Under the pieces are notes generated by a model. It searched no databases, was not told where the DNA came from, and saw only the letters and a list, made by a program, of their open reading frames with translations. A stretch of 64,000 nt of DNA from Mytilus californianus (taxonomy: Eukaryota), in NCBI RefSeq assembly GCF_021869535.1, contig NW_026262581.1:54746001-54810000 (forward strand), given 5' to 3'. Of the stretch, positions 12,873 through 25,230 are shown piece after piece. The position numbers and the translations under genes are program-made. Positions within the stretch are counted from its first letter, which is position 1, and every line of letters begins with the position of its first letter.

Positions 12873-14802
12873 AAAATGCTCCGCAGGGCGCAGCTTGATA
12901 CGACCGCAGAGGTCGAACCCTGAACAGTTGGGTCAAGTATGGACACAACATTCAAGCTTGATACAGCTCTGAATTTGGATTGTGATTAAATATTTGACAC
13001 AGCATAGGTTTCTGACACAGAATGAATGTGGTCTAAGAACTTAAAAATTTTAAATTGGACATTCACCTATTATGGTCCAATATCCAAAATCTATACATGG
13101 TTAGATTCAGCATATCAAAGAACCCCAAGAGTTCAATTTTTGATGAAATCAAACAAAAGTTTAATTTTGGACCCTTTTGACCTCAATGTGGACAAAGTTG
13201 ATAACGGGGCCCAAAAATCAAAAATCTAAATACATGATTAGATTCAGCATATCAAAGAACCCTATATATTCAATTTTTGTTGAAAACAAACAAAGTTTAA
13301 TTTTGGACCCCGATTTGGACCAACTTGAAAACTGGGCCCATAATCAAAAATCTAAATACATGGTTAGATTCAGCATATCAAAGAACCCTAAAAATTCAAT
13401 TTTTGTTAAAATCAAACTAAGTTTAATTTTGGACCCTTTGGACATTAATGTAGACCAATTTGAAAACGGAACCAAAAATTAAGAATCTAAATACACGGTT
13501 AGATTCCGCATATCAAAGGACCCCAATAATTCAATTTTTGAAGAAATCAAACAAAGTTAAATTTTGGACCCTTTGGACCTCAATGTGGACCAATTTAAAA
13601 ACGGGGCCCAAAATCCAAAAACTTAATACACAGTTAGATTCAGCATATTAAAGAACCCCAAGAATTCAAGAATAAAACCCCATTGAAATTGATCAAGAAA
13701 TAAGCAATTTATACGAAGTATCTTCTTTTGCACAATACTGTGCAATTGAATATTTCTTGCTATTGCGCAATACTGTACAATTGACAATTTCTTGCTATTG
13801 CGCAATATTGTGCTATTGGATATTTCTTGCTATTGCGCAATACTGTGCAATTGAACATTTCTTGCTATTGCGCAATACTGTGCAATTGAACATTTCTTGC
13901 TATTGTGCAATACTGTGCAATTGAAAATTTCTTGCTATTGCACAATACTTATTATATAATAATTTACACATCCTGTTTGGTGTGTATCTCCTACCATATC
14001 ATTATTATTTGCTTTTAAATATAAATCAGAAATAACCAACTTAAAATGGAAAATTTTAAAAGAAAAAAAAAGGAAAAAAACAAAAAAAACAACAAAAAAA
14101 ACAAAAAAAAAAACCCAAATTTTTTGAACCCCCTTATGATTCATCATCCCCAAACTCAATCCCAGCCTTCCCTTTGTGATATGGTACCTTGCAGTACAAT
14201 TTCAGAGAGATCCATACACTTGAACACAAGTTATTGTCTGGAAACTAGAAAAATGCTTATTTTTGGCCCCAATTCCTAAACGTTTCGGGCAATTACCCCC
14301 AAACTCAATTCCAGCTTTCCCTTTGTGATATGGAACCTTGTAGTACAATTTCAGAAATATCCAAACACTTACACACAAGTTATTGTCATGAAACTGGAAA
14401 AATGCTTGTTTTTTGCGCCTTTTTTGGCCCCTAATTCCTAAAATTTTGAGGCAATTACCCCCAAAATCAATTACAGCCTTCCCTTTGTGATATGGAACCT
14501 TGTGGTACAATGTCAGAGAGATCCATATACTTACACACAAGTTATTGTCTGGAAGTTACAAAAATGCTTATTTTTGGCCATTAATTCCTTAACTGTTGGT
14601 ACCATAACCCCCAAAATCAATCCCAACCTTCCTTTCGTGGTATAGAACCTTATGGTAAAATTTCATGGAGATCCATTCACTTAAACAAAAGTTCGAGTGC
14701 GAAAACCAATGTGTCTTCGGACGACGCCGGACGACGACGACGACGCCAACGTCATACCAATATACGACCAAAAAAATTTTAATTTTTGCGGTCGTATAAA
14801 AA
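12873..14802 (+). mobile_element. HINE nested in piggyBac intron 2, carrying three different tandem arrays
   Basis: Subterminal inverted repeats atacgaccgc (~12899) and gcggtcgtat (14788-14797), with 3' stem-loop tatacgacc...ggtcgtata. Arrays: ~135 bp x4+ (13085-13660), 35 bp x6 (13733-13945), ~150 bp x4 (14149-14700). Confidence 0.7.
13733..13945. repeat. 35-bp minisatellite, ~6 units
   Basis: Unit caatactgtgcaattgaa(t/c)atttcttgctattgcg. A single copy also occurs at ~6562-6597. Confidence 0.9.
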
Positions 14803-14962
14803 TTAAAACGAAGATAATTTATGATGATAACAATAAATAAAGAAAAATAAAAATGGTGATGATGACGATTTTCTGTTGTAGCATATACAGGCAAATCTGA
14901 AATATGAAAGTAAAGTTATAGTCTATCATGAATCTGATTTGATAAGTTATTTTTATTGCAAG

Positions 14963-15143
14963 GTTGGAAACTGCTTCAAATTCTAAGGGAAAGGAAAAAG
15001 TCGCTCCGGGAGTTGTCCATACTTACAATGAAAACATGGGGGAGTAGATTTAGGAGATCAACTTATCTCAGTTTATGATCCAGACATACATTCAGTGAAA
15101 CTGTGGAAACAGATTCTTGTTAATCTTTTATTGACTGCTTGTG
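14963..15143 (+). CDS. piggyBac transposase exon 3 (third catalytic Asp; 1-nt deletion in a G run)
   Basis: Not in the ORF track. Acceptor tttttattgcaag|G. Reads (R)LETASNSKGKEKVAPGVVHTYNENMG[G]VDLGDQLISVYDPDIHSVKLWKQILVNLLLTAC once one G is restored at 15038-15042. Donor G|GTTAGT is phase 1. Confidence 0.85.
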
Positions 15144-15645
15144 GTTAGTATTTTAGTTATTTATAATACAATTATTTTTTCAATAATAAAATGTGCCATC
15201 TAACAAGAAAAAAACGAATGGCAATTATTTATTGTTCATATATATATACGTATACAAAGTGATTCAGATAACCAATCGTCAATGAATTTACGACTACCTA
15301 CTGCATCTGCTCAAATGATCATTGCGGTAGAATACCAACGTCCGTCTTATTAGCAAACATTTCAACAAACATGCATATGCTATTTTATCCTGCAATCGAC
15401 CTTTCCATTATTCTAATACAGGTGTACAGACAACACGAAGCGATATACGTATACTAGAACTATATAGTCTCCTGCTTCTGTTGCGAGCGAACGGTTATGT
15501 CAAATTACTGTTTACGTCACAGTTCAATTTAGGGTCCTCATTCCGGTCCACGTTTAAGTCATGTCGATTTCTTTCAAAAAAAAATTCAACGATTGGGATG
15601 GGAAAAAAAATGAACAAAATTAATTGCAGGATAAAGACAATAACG

Positions 15646-15769
15646 GTTTAGTGTCTTTAAATATCAGCTGTATTTATACTCGGCTCGAAACAGGAGTAAT
15701 AGCTCGCTTAAGCATTACACCTCTTTCTTAGCCTCGCACAAATACAGCTGATATTTAAAGACACTAAAC
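15646..15769. repeat. Hairpin element in piggyBac intron 3
   Basis: The 30-bp arm gtttagtgtctttaaatatcagctgtattt has its exact reverse complement at ~15740-15769, with a decayed, partly pairing loop between them. Confidence 0.85.
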
Positions 15770-15864
15770 AGTTAATGTTTATACATTCGTTATCCTTATC
15801 ATTAAAGTAGTATCTTAATTAGCTGAGTTCAGGATGCCAAAAATATAACGTAACTGTATAATAT

Positions 15865-16185
15865 AAAAAATAAGGAGCTGTGTTATGATTGCCAAAGAGA
15901 CAACCATCCACAAAAGTTCAAATGAAGTGGATGTACTAAGCAATCATAGACAATCTTAATTCCTTCAACAATAAGAAAAACCCATACCGTAAGGTCGGCT
16001 GTAAAAGGCCCCGACAAGAAAATATGAAATAATTCAATTGAGAAAACTGTCGGCCTAATTTATAACAAAACAGTTTACGAAAAACAAATATGAAAAACAT
16101 GAACCAACGACAACCACTGAACTACAGACTCCTGATTTGAGCAGGCACAGGAAGAATGTGGCAGGTTTAAACATGTTTAAGAGCG
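15865..16185 (+). repeat. Abundant interspersed repeat (…gtatgattgccaatgagacaac… family) in intron 3
   Basis: Homologous to 7385-7510 (minus), 10405-10440, 60535-60825 and 61295-61590 (minus). Confidence 0.7.
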
Positions 16186-16402
16186 CTTTTTATGATATAA
16201 AAAATTGACAACTAAGATACATTTCATGTACGAACTACAATATTGTTATTGCTCATAAAGTCCAAATGTCGCTGCACGACAGTCACACAATGACGTAATC
16301 ACTGAAACGATTTTGGACGAAACTTAATGATGTAAAATATTTCCAAAGAATTCAAAACTATTATTTAGCTATATATATATATTATACTATTCCTGCTTAC
16401 AG

Positions 16403-16725
16403 TGAATGCATATATTTGCCACAAGAGATCATTCCTTTTGGGGAAAAAGTTAACCCATCTCCAGTTTCAACAGGAAATTGTGACTGGCTTAGTTGGGGAG
16501 CATAACATTCAAAGTCGAGTTTTGGGTAGGAATGGAGAAGAAATGGCTCGTAGAGCAACATCAGAACATTTCCTGTTTGAAATCCCTCGAAGAAAGAGGA
16601 GGAATTGTGTTTCCTGCCATAAACGGAAGGTTAGAACTTGGTGCCAACAGTGCAGAGAAGGTCTCTGTCTAGGAAAGTGTTTCAAGGACTATCACAAACA
16701 CAAGCAACGTCAACACGAAGAGTAA
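16403..16725 (+). CDS. piggyBac transposase exon 4 with C-terminal cysteine-rich domain
   Basis: Acceptor ttcctgcttacag|TG completes the V of LLTAC-V-NAYI. Ends with CVSC...TWCQQCREGLCLGKCFKDYH and TAA. AATAAA at 16868-16873. Confidence 0.9.
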
Positions 16726-17689
16726 AATAACTTGTGAAATTCATTAACTACTGTGTTGTTTGCTGTATTACTAGATGTATATATACGATGTGTTACGATT
16801 GGTGATGTGAACTATCATTGAACCGAATTAAAAATTTGGAAAAATGTATGTTTTTTTCTGTTGACCAAATAAAGATACAGCGACATGCCCCCATCTTAAA
16901 ATCATGACATAAGAAAGATAAATTGTATAGGGTTCAAATAGTTCTTTTAACGCTTTCGTAAGTGAACAGAATACGTTTCTTGTGGTTGCATTATGTTCCG
17001 GAAAAAAAGTTCTATTTTTCTTCTTAGCATTGCAAAGTGCTTGACGTTATTTAATTGAAAAGCGCCAAACTTACTGAAGACGTAGCGTTCTTACCTTATG
17101 ACGTTAAATGATGTCATATTAGGAACGTTATTTTTAAAAAAATAAACGTGATTACTATATATCTTATTATGTCATTAATTATCCATTGAAAATACAAGAT
17201 TTTATAACAATTGACTTAAAATGTTATTTGATACTGAAATTGTGCCGTTTCTGGACAGTGTTTTGTAAAACGGACCGCACTAAGAGGGTTAAAACTTAAT
17301 TAAGCTGTTTTGACTTTTCATTTTGAGGTGGAGCGTCCCTAAATTTCGAGACTTTTTAATGCATATTTTGCTTTTGGTCTCTGCAGTGCATTTCCAGCTT
17401 ATCAAAACGTTTCAAAGCATTGTTTTGCTTTTGACTTTGTCCCTCTTTCCCTTTATTCACGCTAGTTTGATTTCAGAACTTTTTAGATTCTGGTTTTAAA
17501 ATTTCGTTTTGGTTGTCATCACGTTTCCATATTAAGTCTTTGGCGCAATTATTTCCAACTTTAATAGCTGATTTAGAAAAAAAAAGAAATTCGCTATTTA
17601 ATTCAATTATTTAAATCCTTTCAAGGCTGGTCAGCATTTAGGTTTAAATTTTCGTGAATAAGATTGAGTAAATCAAACTTCAATATCGA

Positions 17690-18344
17690 AATAAAGAGCT
17701 GCGCCATGAGCGCATGATACGCCCGCCGCTTTTTCAAAGAATAAAGTTCAATAACTCCTCGGTGTCATATCAGAAATTTATAAAACAAACTAAAGGGGGG
17801 TTATTTTTATGGATATAAACCGGTCCCCAAAGTTTCATGAAAACTGCTCAAAGCACTTTTGAGTTGTTGTCCAAAAATTGGAAAATCACCCCTTTTTATG
17901 AATAAAATCCCACAACGCGGAAACGTAAAATCTAAAATTTATAAAAATCGAAAGGGAGCTTACGTCAATAGATCCACCTTTTTTATTCAATATACCCAAA
18001 AACTTGGAAACATATAATCTAAAATTCATAGGAATCGAAAGGGAGCTCACATCAATAGATATAAAGAATTCACTAAAGTTTCTTGCAAATTGAAGTAAGT
18101 GTTTTTGAGTTATTGTCCGAAAACTGGAAAATCCTCCTTTTTTAATGAATGAAACCCCATAACTCGGAAACGTAATATCTAAAATTGATTAAAATCGAAA
18201 GAGAGCTCACGTCAATATATATGAACAATTCACAAAAGTTTCATGAAAATTTGTTAAAACGTTTTTAAGTCATTGTCAGACATGTTGACGACGGACGGAA
18301 AACGGTCAACCATAATACGTCCCGTAAACGGGCGTATAAAAAAA
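17690..18344 (+). mobile_element. HINE-like element
   Basis: Subterminal inverted repeats atacgcccg (17717-17725) and cgggcgtat (18329-18337), gacg/gacgg microsatellite near 18285-18300, internal duplicated units, and a terminal hairpin plus A-run. Confidence 0.7.
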
Positions 18345-18902
18345 TTAAAACTTTTGTATAAATTTAAAAGGTGAGATTTTATTCTCTATGCGACACATTT
18401 CAAAATTTATATAGACGGAGAATTTATTTTCAAGATATAAATTAATTTCATCTGACAAATTCTTTTTCCTCAGTTGTTACGTGTGCAATAATTTAGATTT
18501 TATATAAATAAAATGATGCTCAGAAATCGTCAATTACCTACCATGCAAAGAGCTTAAAATTTATATGAACCCAAAAGGTATTAAGGTTCATTTCTCGGAT
18601 TCAGATATATTGGAAGACAATGGGGAAATGTACCACCAAATTCGGCAATAGACGAGGAAATTCGCTAAACTGTAAATTAACCTTGTTTCGGGGTTGATAC
18701 ACCGGATGCAAATTATGCTGAACATGACAATCTTGTGCCAAGACAGAATAACTCATATGATAAAAAAAAAAAGAAAAAGACATAAGGGGACATGGTGTGA
18801 TGGCATTCCTAGAAAATGATAAATGTCTCAGACAAAAGGAAACAGATAGTGAAAGAGTGTACACGACAAAGATGGAGTGAACAGGCTTACCAAAGTACCT
18901 TA

Positions 18903-19272
18903 CACACATCATCAAAGTACATGGAATACGACTACTCTGACAACGGAAAACATCATCAAAGTCATGAAATAAGGACCACGGGACACATCATCAAAGTACT
19001 TGGAATACTGATCACAACGGCACACATCATCAAAGTCATGGAATAAGGACCACAGAACACATCATCAAAGTACATGGAATACTGATCACTCTGAGAAAGA
19101 AACACATCATCAAAGTCATGGAATAAGGACCACAGAACACATCATCAAAGTACATGGAATACGACTACTCTGACAACGGAACAAATCATCAAAGTCATGG
19201 AATAAGGACCACAGAACACATCATCAAAGTACATGGAATACTGATCACTCTGACAACAGAAAACATCATCAA
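18903..19272. repeat. Higher-order minisatellite of alternating A and B monomers (~75-80-bp dimer)
   Basis: catcatcaaagtacatggaatac+spacer alternates with catcatcaaagtcatggaataaggaccacagaa: 5 A units, 4 B units and a partial unit. Confidence 0.9.
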
Positions 19273-19379
19273 ACTATCTAATACTATCAATTGGAAAATC
19301 TATGATGGAAAATCAATATTTCGTAAAACAAATGACAATATGTTGGGACATGACAATTTTATTGATGTTAAAATGATAC

Positions 19380-19530
19380 ATCATACAATAACAGACCACA
19401 AGTTGATGGTAAAGCAGATACACAAGTCTTTTACATAGCTTGCTTGTAGAATAACATCATACAATAACAGACCACAAGTTGATGGTGAAGCAGCTACATA
19501 AGTCTTTTACATCGCTCGCTTGTAGAATTA
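19380..19530. repeat. 76-bp tandem duplication
   Basis: tcatacaataacagaccacaagttgatggt... starts at 19381 and again at 19457, with few mismatches. Confidence 0.9.
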
Positions 19531-20390
19531 AACAATACAAGAAAGTTGACATTAGACTTGGACGTTAAAGATAAATTGTCGGAAAGAAAAAAATAGCCAT
19601 GAAAATAACAAATGTAATACAATGTGTTGTACCAACGAGTCCATCTCTTCTAGCAAAGCCAAATCTGTCAAATTAAAACTACAAAAGGTTAATTCGGGGG
19701 CTTCTGATGTTAAACGCTGTCACATGTGATGGTAGTACTAAACTTTCAAAATCAATCCTTGAAACATCTAAAAACTTTTGAAACACCGTACGGCATTATA
19801 CCCGTCTTGTTCATCTGATGAGCACTGTTAATAAATGTAAAAAGTGTGAAACTAAATAGCAATTCTTCCCATACAAACCGATCAATATTTTTACAAAGAT
19901 TAGCTAATTGTGTTCGGACAAGGTGCTTTTAGAAATAGTGCACATAATATAAAAGCTTTCCATTACTGGAAACTTTTTCTGAAAAAGCGCCGACAGTAAT
20001 GACATATATAGTGTCAGTATTAGGTATACAATCTGTAAGATGAAAAGAACAACTAATAAACATATAAATATTCTTGGTCTTTTAACACATTCATGATGTG
20101 TAACTGTATAAAATGCATTTTTTATAGCTTGTGTCAACAAATATTTCTTGATTCATTAAAGGAGAAGAAATATCAATTGTACATGTGTAATGTAATGGTA
20201 TATATAATATATGTTCTATTTAGATAGTAATAAATCATCTTGTCTCGTTAAAACAATGTCAGAAACCTATATATTTAGTATACTAAAATAAACCATTTAA
20301 ATTTTTGTGTCACTTCTTCCATTCAACATTCGATAACGCAACAATATCAACAAACGTCAAAATACGAAAAAAAAAAAATATTCACCAATT

Positions 20391-20592
20391 TGTAGCAGTT
20401 GACAACTTGGGTTCATTTCTATATAATTTTGAATCAGAATATACTGTAGAAGAAAAGAACACTCCGAACAATTCCGAAGCCGAGCAAGCATCACAGTCAT
20501 CCAGATTTTGGTAGTATGGTATGATTGTTGAAAATGCCAGCAAATGCCGTCGACTGAGGAATGTGTTTGTTGCAGACATGCAGAGCTTGTCT
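20391..20592 (+). pseudogene. Decayed KolX / P2X7 C-terminal (ballast)-like Cys-rich exon
   Basis: Reads DNLGSFLYNFESEYTVEE...SSR, then after a frameshift WYDC*KCQQMPSTEECVCCRH. This fits the pattern PYxFEPEY...WCxCGxCxxMPTxxECxCC. Confidence 0.65.
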
Positions 20593-23500
20593 AACCAAAT
20601 TAAGAGGACCACCAGGGCATCAAACAGGCTTATCTACTGCCTTAAAATTCTGATTTAGTCGCTTTTCAGTATGATGTTGATGTGCTAAAAAACAATTACT
20701 GCATAGTCTGAACAGATCTAAATTAACTATTAAAATATTCGGTGGTAGTAGGTTCCAATCTTTAATTGTTTTTGGTTTTGTTTGCAGTCTCAAGAAATGC
20801 TGGCCATAAATTCATAATGCATGTTCTTGGTTGTATAAGATGTTTTTTTTTCAGTTGATCAGATCATCATAAACAGATGGTACGTTGGCTTGACCATGTA
20901 TGCCTTTGCAGAAGAGGATAAGTCTGTTTTGGGTTCGACGATCTTTTAGGGATGGTAACTGCAGCAGGTCAAAAAATTGCTGTCATATTTCCTGGTCGTA
21001 ATTGTAGGATCTTGTGCAAGTTGTGGTCTTGCACGGAGCACTTCCAACAAATCGGTAAAAGAATTGCCCAATCATATTCTACTGATGTGTTTGCCTGTGT
21101 TACCACTGTAACTAGTTATAATCCACTCATGTGTTACGTTAAGAATGTTTATCATACTAAATTTGGCATTTATATTGTAACTACAACGTTTTTTATGTCG
21201 ATTTCCATGTTTGTATAAAGGGTAAAAAAGTCAGATAAAACTTCACACACTCTGAGGCGCAGAAGCATGTAAAAGTATGTACATCCTAATTACACCAAAA
21301 TCACAAATCTATTTCTTATGAAGCGTTACTTTTAGTTTTAAACTGTATGAGAAGCAAATCTATTGGCCGCCGTCTAAATCAATAAAGTTACTTTCATTTT
21401 ACTTACAACGCAAGCAAAAGCAGTGCATTGCCAAAAAAATCAAACATCCATTTTATGTTTGTAATATTAAGTTCAATACACTGCACATCTTACTGTTTAT
21501 AAATAATCATTGAAATGTATGTAAATGTTTCATTTAATACTGCTGAACATAGTTAGAAATTACCTTTCTTATCCTTGAATGTAGAGTCTAGCTAGGGTGA
21601 GATGCTGTTTTCAACCAGGTAATTAAGCAATCAGATTGCAAGATGAATTAGAATCAAAATAATGGTTGTTGTAAATTGTTCAGGGATCCTATGGAAAATA
21701 ATCTGCAGCTTGTGCATATTGGAGCAGTGAAGACCAAAGTAACTATAATGAGCATCAGGGATCTAGAGTATTATGTTGGAATATTCCAAAACTTTATTGA
21801 AAGAGATTAGTTCAATCTACAATGTCATTATTTCTTTTAATACACTATTCCACTCCATTTTATACCTTTTTTTTCATAACATGTATGTTACATATCATTT
21901 ATATATAAATGAGTAGTTGTTTAAAAGTTACTATTTTAACATGTATCTTAGTTGAACTTAAATTAAACTATATATTCAATGCATTTGTGTAATATGTATT
22001 AATGTAGAAAAGAGTTAATACAGGTACAGAGTAAATTATGCTTTTAATTTGAAACGTTCCAATTAAAAAATATATTCAATGCATTTGTATAATTTAAATT
22101 AACGTAGAATAGAGTAAATACATGTAGAGAATTTTTTGCTTTTATCCTAAAATATCTAATAAAAAATATTGATTTGCTAAAAATGTTGTTCATTGTTGTC
22201 CTTGGAATGCCAACATTTAACTTATTTATTCCAGAACTATGGATCAAGTCATGTTGGTATTGATTTTTGGATAATACTAATCGAAATAAGTAATGACTCT
22301 TTCTTATATTATCACTGAAATGTCAGTACCGGACAGTCTTTCATGTTATAACATTGATTTAGATTGAATTATCATGACCTACATTTCATAGTTAGTCAAC
22401 TTTTTAGTTTGCATAACACATGTAACAGGTGGGCACCTACAATTCCAGAACAATTAGACATATTGTTTATTATATAAAGAGAATATAGTAACTTCTGTAA
22501 GACATCATCTAGAAGCTAGAAACTTGAAACTATTTATTTATGAAAGAAAGATAATATTCAGGATTTGAAACATAATTCTTTTCTTCATATTTTTAAAATT
22601 TACGACAGTAATCATAATTTATAATATTCTTTTTTCATATTTTTAAATGTAAGACAATAATCAGAATTTATATAATACAATTTTTCAAATAAAATACTGA
22701 AAGTGCAAGATCATATTTAGAATTAACAAATGAGAATAAAAGAAAAAACCTATATGATAAGACAACTTTTAGAACAAGCAAGAACGAATTGAGATTTATC
22801 TTTTTGGAAGCTGAAATTTAGCCAATTAGAAAATTACTCTTAATATTCAAGAAAGACAATATACATACATGAAAACATCTATAAGTCAGTATTAAGACAT
22901 CTTTAGGTCATTTTAAGACAGAAATCAGAAAGAAAAGTTCATGCGGGCATGGCTATTCCATCCAGTGTTGTTACAAAAATAAGAGAAATGATTTCGATTA
23001 TACAGGATTCCAGTAGACTACTGATGATATTCATGACTTATTTGTTTAGCATGCAAACTGTCTTTATCAAGTTCGTCATTGTGAATTTGTTCCGGAAGAT
23101 TTTTTTGTATTCGAGTATATTTATATATTTTATATACCTATGCAGTCAAGTTATGAGCCTATTATTCATTAATTGGCATTAGTAGTAATCTGATTGAAAT
23201 ACAGATGGTATGTCCACGCTTCGCTTACAAGATTACATTGTAAGCAAAGCTTGGACACATGATATGCATTTCAATCAGACTGCATAAGTAGCTGTTTGCA
23301 ATACTTGTCTTTTGTTCATTCTTATTAGCAGATCGCTAGCTGTTAGTTTTCTCAAACCAAGCCTTTTACAGCCTACGATTATGTATAGGTTTTGCTCATT
23401 GTTGAAGGTCCTATGACGACCTACACGTATGGATTGTTTACTTTTCCGTTGTTTCTGTCGGTCATCTTTATTTAATAGTGTAGGGGGAGGAAGGGATTGG

Positions 23501-23880
23501 GGTGGTTTATGGTTTTTTTCCCCTCTAGCCATTTATTTTTTTCTTTGGACCAAGAACTTTAATAGAAACTCAATATCATATTTATTTGTTCCTAAAAGAA
23601 AAACTTCGCTTAACAAATATTTTTTTTTTTTATAAGAAATAAAGAATGAAAAAATGTAATAAAATTGCCATGCCCTCAATTTTTAAGTGTAAATTATGTA
23701 GTTCATACGTTGAAAAATAAGGCTGCATGAAGATATGGTAGACTTCCCAAACACCTTTTTCCTTTTACTGCAAGTTTAGAAAATTGTGTAACGTTTATAT
23801 TATTGCTACAGTTATGACAGAAATATGTTTCGGAAAAATAAAAAATGCATTTTCATTTTCACCACCGCCCCATCTCTCTC

Positions 23881-24163
23881 CCTCCAAGGGTGACTGGGGA
23901 ATAGAAATATGGTCACCATTGGTCTTCCTCGACCAAAGTGGAGCGTCCATTGGCTGTACGGGATGTATAAGTTCGCAGCTATGTCCGGTCAGAATGCAGA
24001 CGTCAAATTCGATGCCACGCTCTTGGCACGTTAAGAACCTTTGCATCAACTCTTTGAGGGGTCCGTATCTTATATACCCTAATTGTATTTATTGTTAATT
24101 TGTCCTCGTCCTGAACCTGCATGAAATATTTGCCTCTAGACGTTAAGCAACCAACAATCAATA
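23881..24163 (+). mobile_element. SINE-like retroposon copy (internally deleted)
   Basis: Starts ccaagggtgactgggga and ends gacgttaagcaaccaacaatcaat, like the copies at 26193 and 45584. Confidence 0.8.
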
Positions 24164-25087
24164 AATTTCACAGCATTATTTGTACGCAGCATTTTTGAAA
24201 TCGCGTTTTAATTCATTGTATAACAATAATAAATGCCCGCCAAAAATTCTCAATTTGCAGTACTCTGATTCTTACACTATTAATTGTTCTTTCTTTGAAT
24301 TGGTAAGATTGGCAATCATACTTATTGCTACACCTAATTTTAGTATTTACAATAAGTTTGACACAAAAAACCTACACCAAGCTGTTCCATCTAACACCAC
24401 GTTCTGCTCAAATACATATATTTTGAAACTAATCTTGAAATTGAGACAGGTTGTTTAAACACATTCATTTTAAGTATTATGTTAACAATAGTAGCTGCCC
24501 ATTAAAATACAACATGACTTGACCATTGTGTCTGCAGACAGGGTATAAGGACTAAAAATTACTTTTCTTAATGCTAATTCTACTTAATATTTTGTTGTAA
24601 TTTTTTACTATTAAAGGCAGTTTTTACTGTTTAACCCAGTCAAAAACTTTTAAAAAAAATTGCCTGCTTTTTTAGCATGTTTGCGGGAAACACTGATGTT
24701 ATTTTTTAGGGTATCAAATCAAATTTCAACCAGGTTCATAATCTATATGATGATTTGTTAACAACCCTGCAGCAAATATACATTGTATTGTTTATTTTCA
24801 CAGCATTATTTGTATGCAGCATTTTTGTTGAACAATAATAAATGCCCGCAAAAATTCTAAATTTGCAGTAATCAGATTCCAAGACTTATTTTTTCTCTGA
24901 CATTTTCATTTGTTCTGATTTAGCATGTTATCATTGAATAATTTAATTTTGGATGTAACGCGTCTTCTGATTGGCTGACGTTGTTTTGTTTATCAGCTCA
25001 TAGACATAATTTTGTCATGTGCCCTCATCAACGTTTTTTCATGGTTTACTCCGGTTAAAAATGGAATTTAGAATTAAATTATAAGAA

Positions 25088-25230
25088 ATGACTGTAATAT
25101 TTTTTCTGTCTATTCGAAATAACATAAAAAATGTGGTGCACACTTTAAAATAACCCGCTACGCGGGTTATTCAGTGTGCACCACATTTTTGATGTTATTT
25201 CCTCATAGACAGAAAAAATATTACAGTCAT
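25088..25230. repeat. ~143-bp long hairpin repeat
   Basis: atgactgtaatattttttctgtctat...aaaaatgtggtgcacact...aataacccgc-tac-gcgggttatt...agtgtgcaccacattttt...atagacagaaaaaatattacagtcat. Confidence 0.88.

Larger units (their letters stand above)
10882..17288 (+). mobile_element. Full-length piggyBac DNA transposon (6407 bp) with an intron-containing transposase gene
   Basis: TTAA at 10878-10881 and 17289-17292. TIR ccctcttactgcgg (10882-10895) matches the reverse complement of ccgcactaagaggg (17275-17288) at 13/14 positions. A four-exon DDD transposase lies inside. Confidence 0.93.

Noticed and set aside
18903-19272. CRISPR-like repeat-spacer pattern
   Set aside because: The spacers are mutually homologous and recur, the repeats alternate between two forms, there are no cas genes, and the context is eukaryotic. 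It is a minisatellite.
19815-19860. Hammerhead ribozyme (CTGATGA...stem...GAAA)
   Set aside because: Stem II is possible, but there is no NUH cleavage triplet after stem III and no stem I pairing.
20870-21130. Minus-strand coding-like stretch (DLLEVLRARPQL...) as a transposase C-terminus
   Set aside because: Resemblance is too weak to support without a search.
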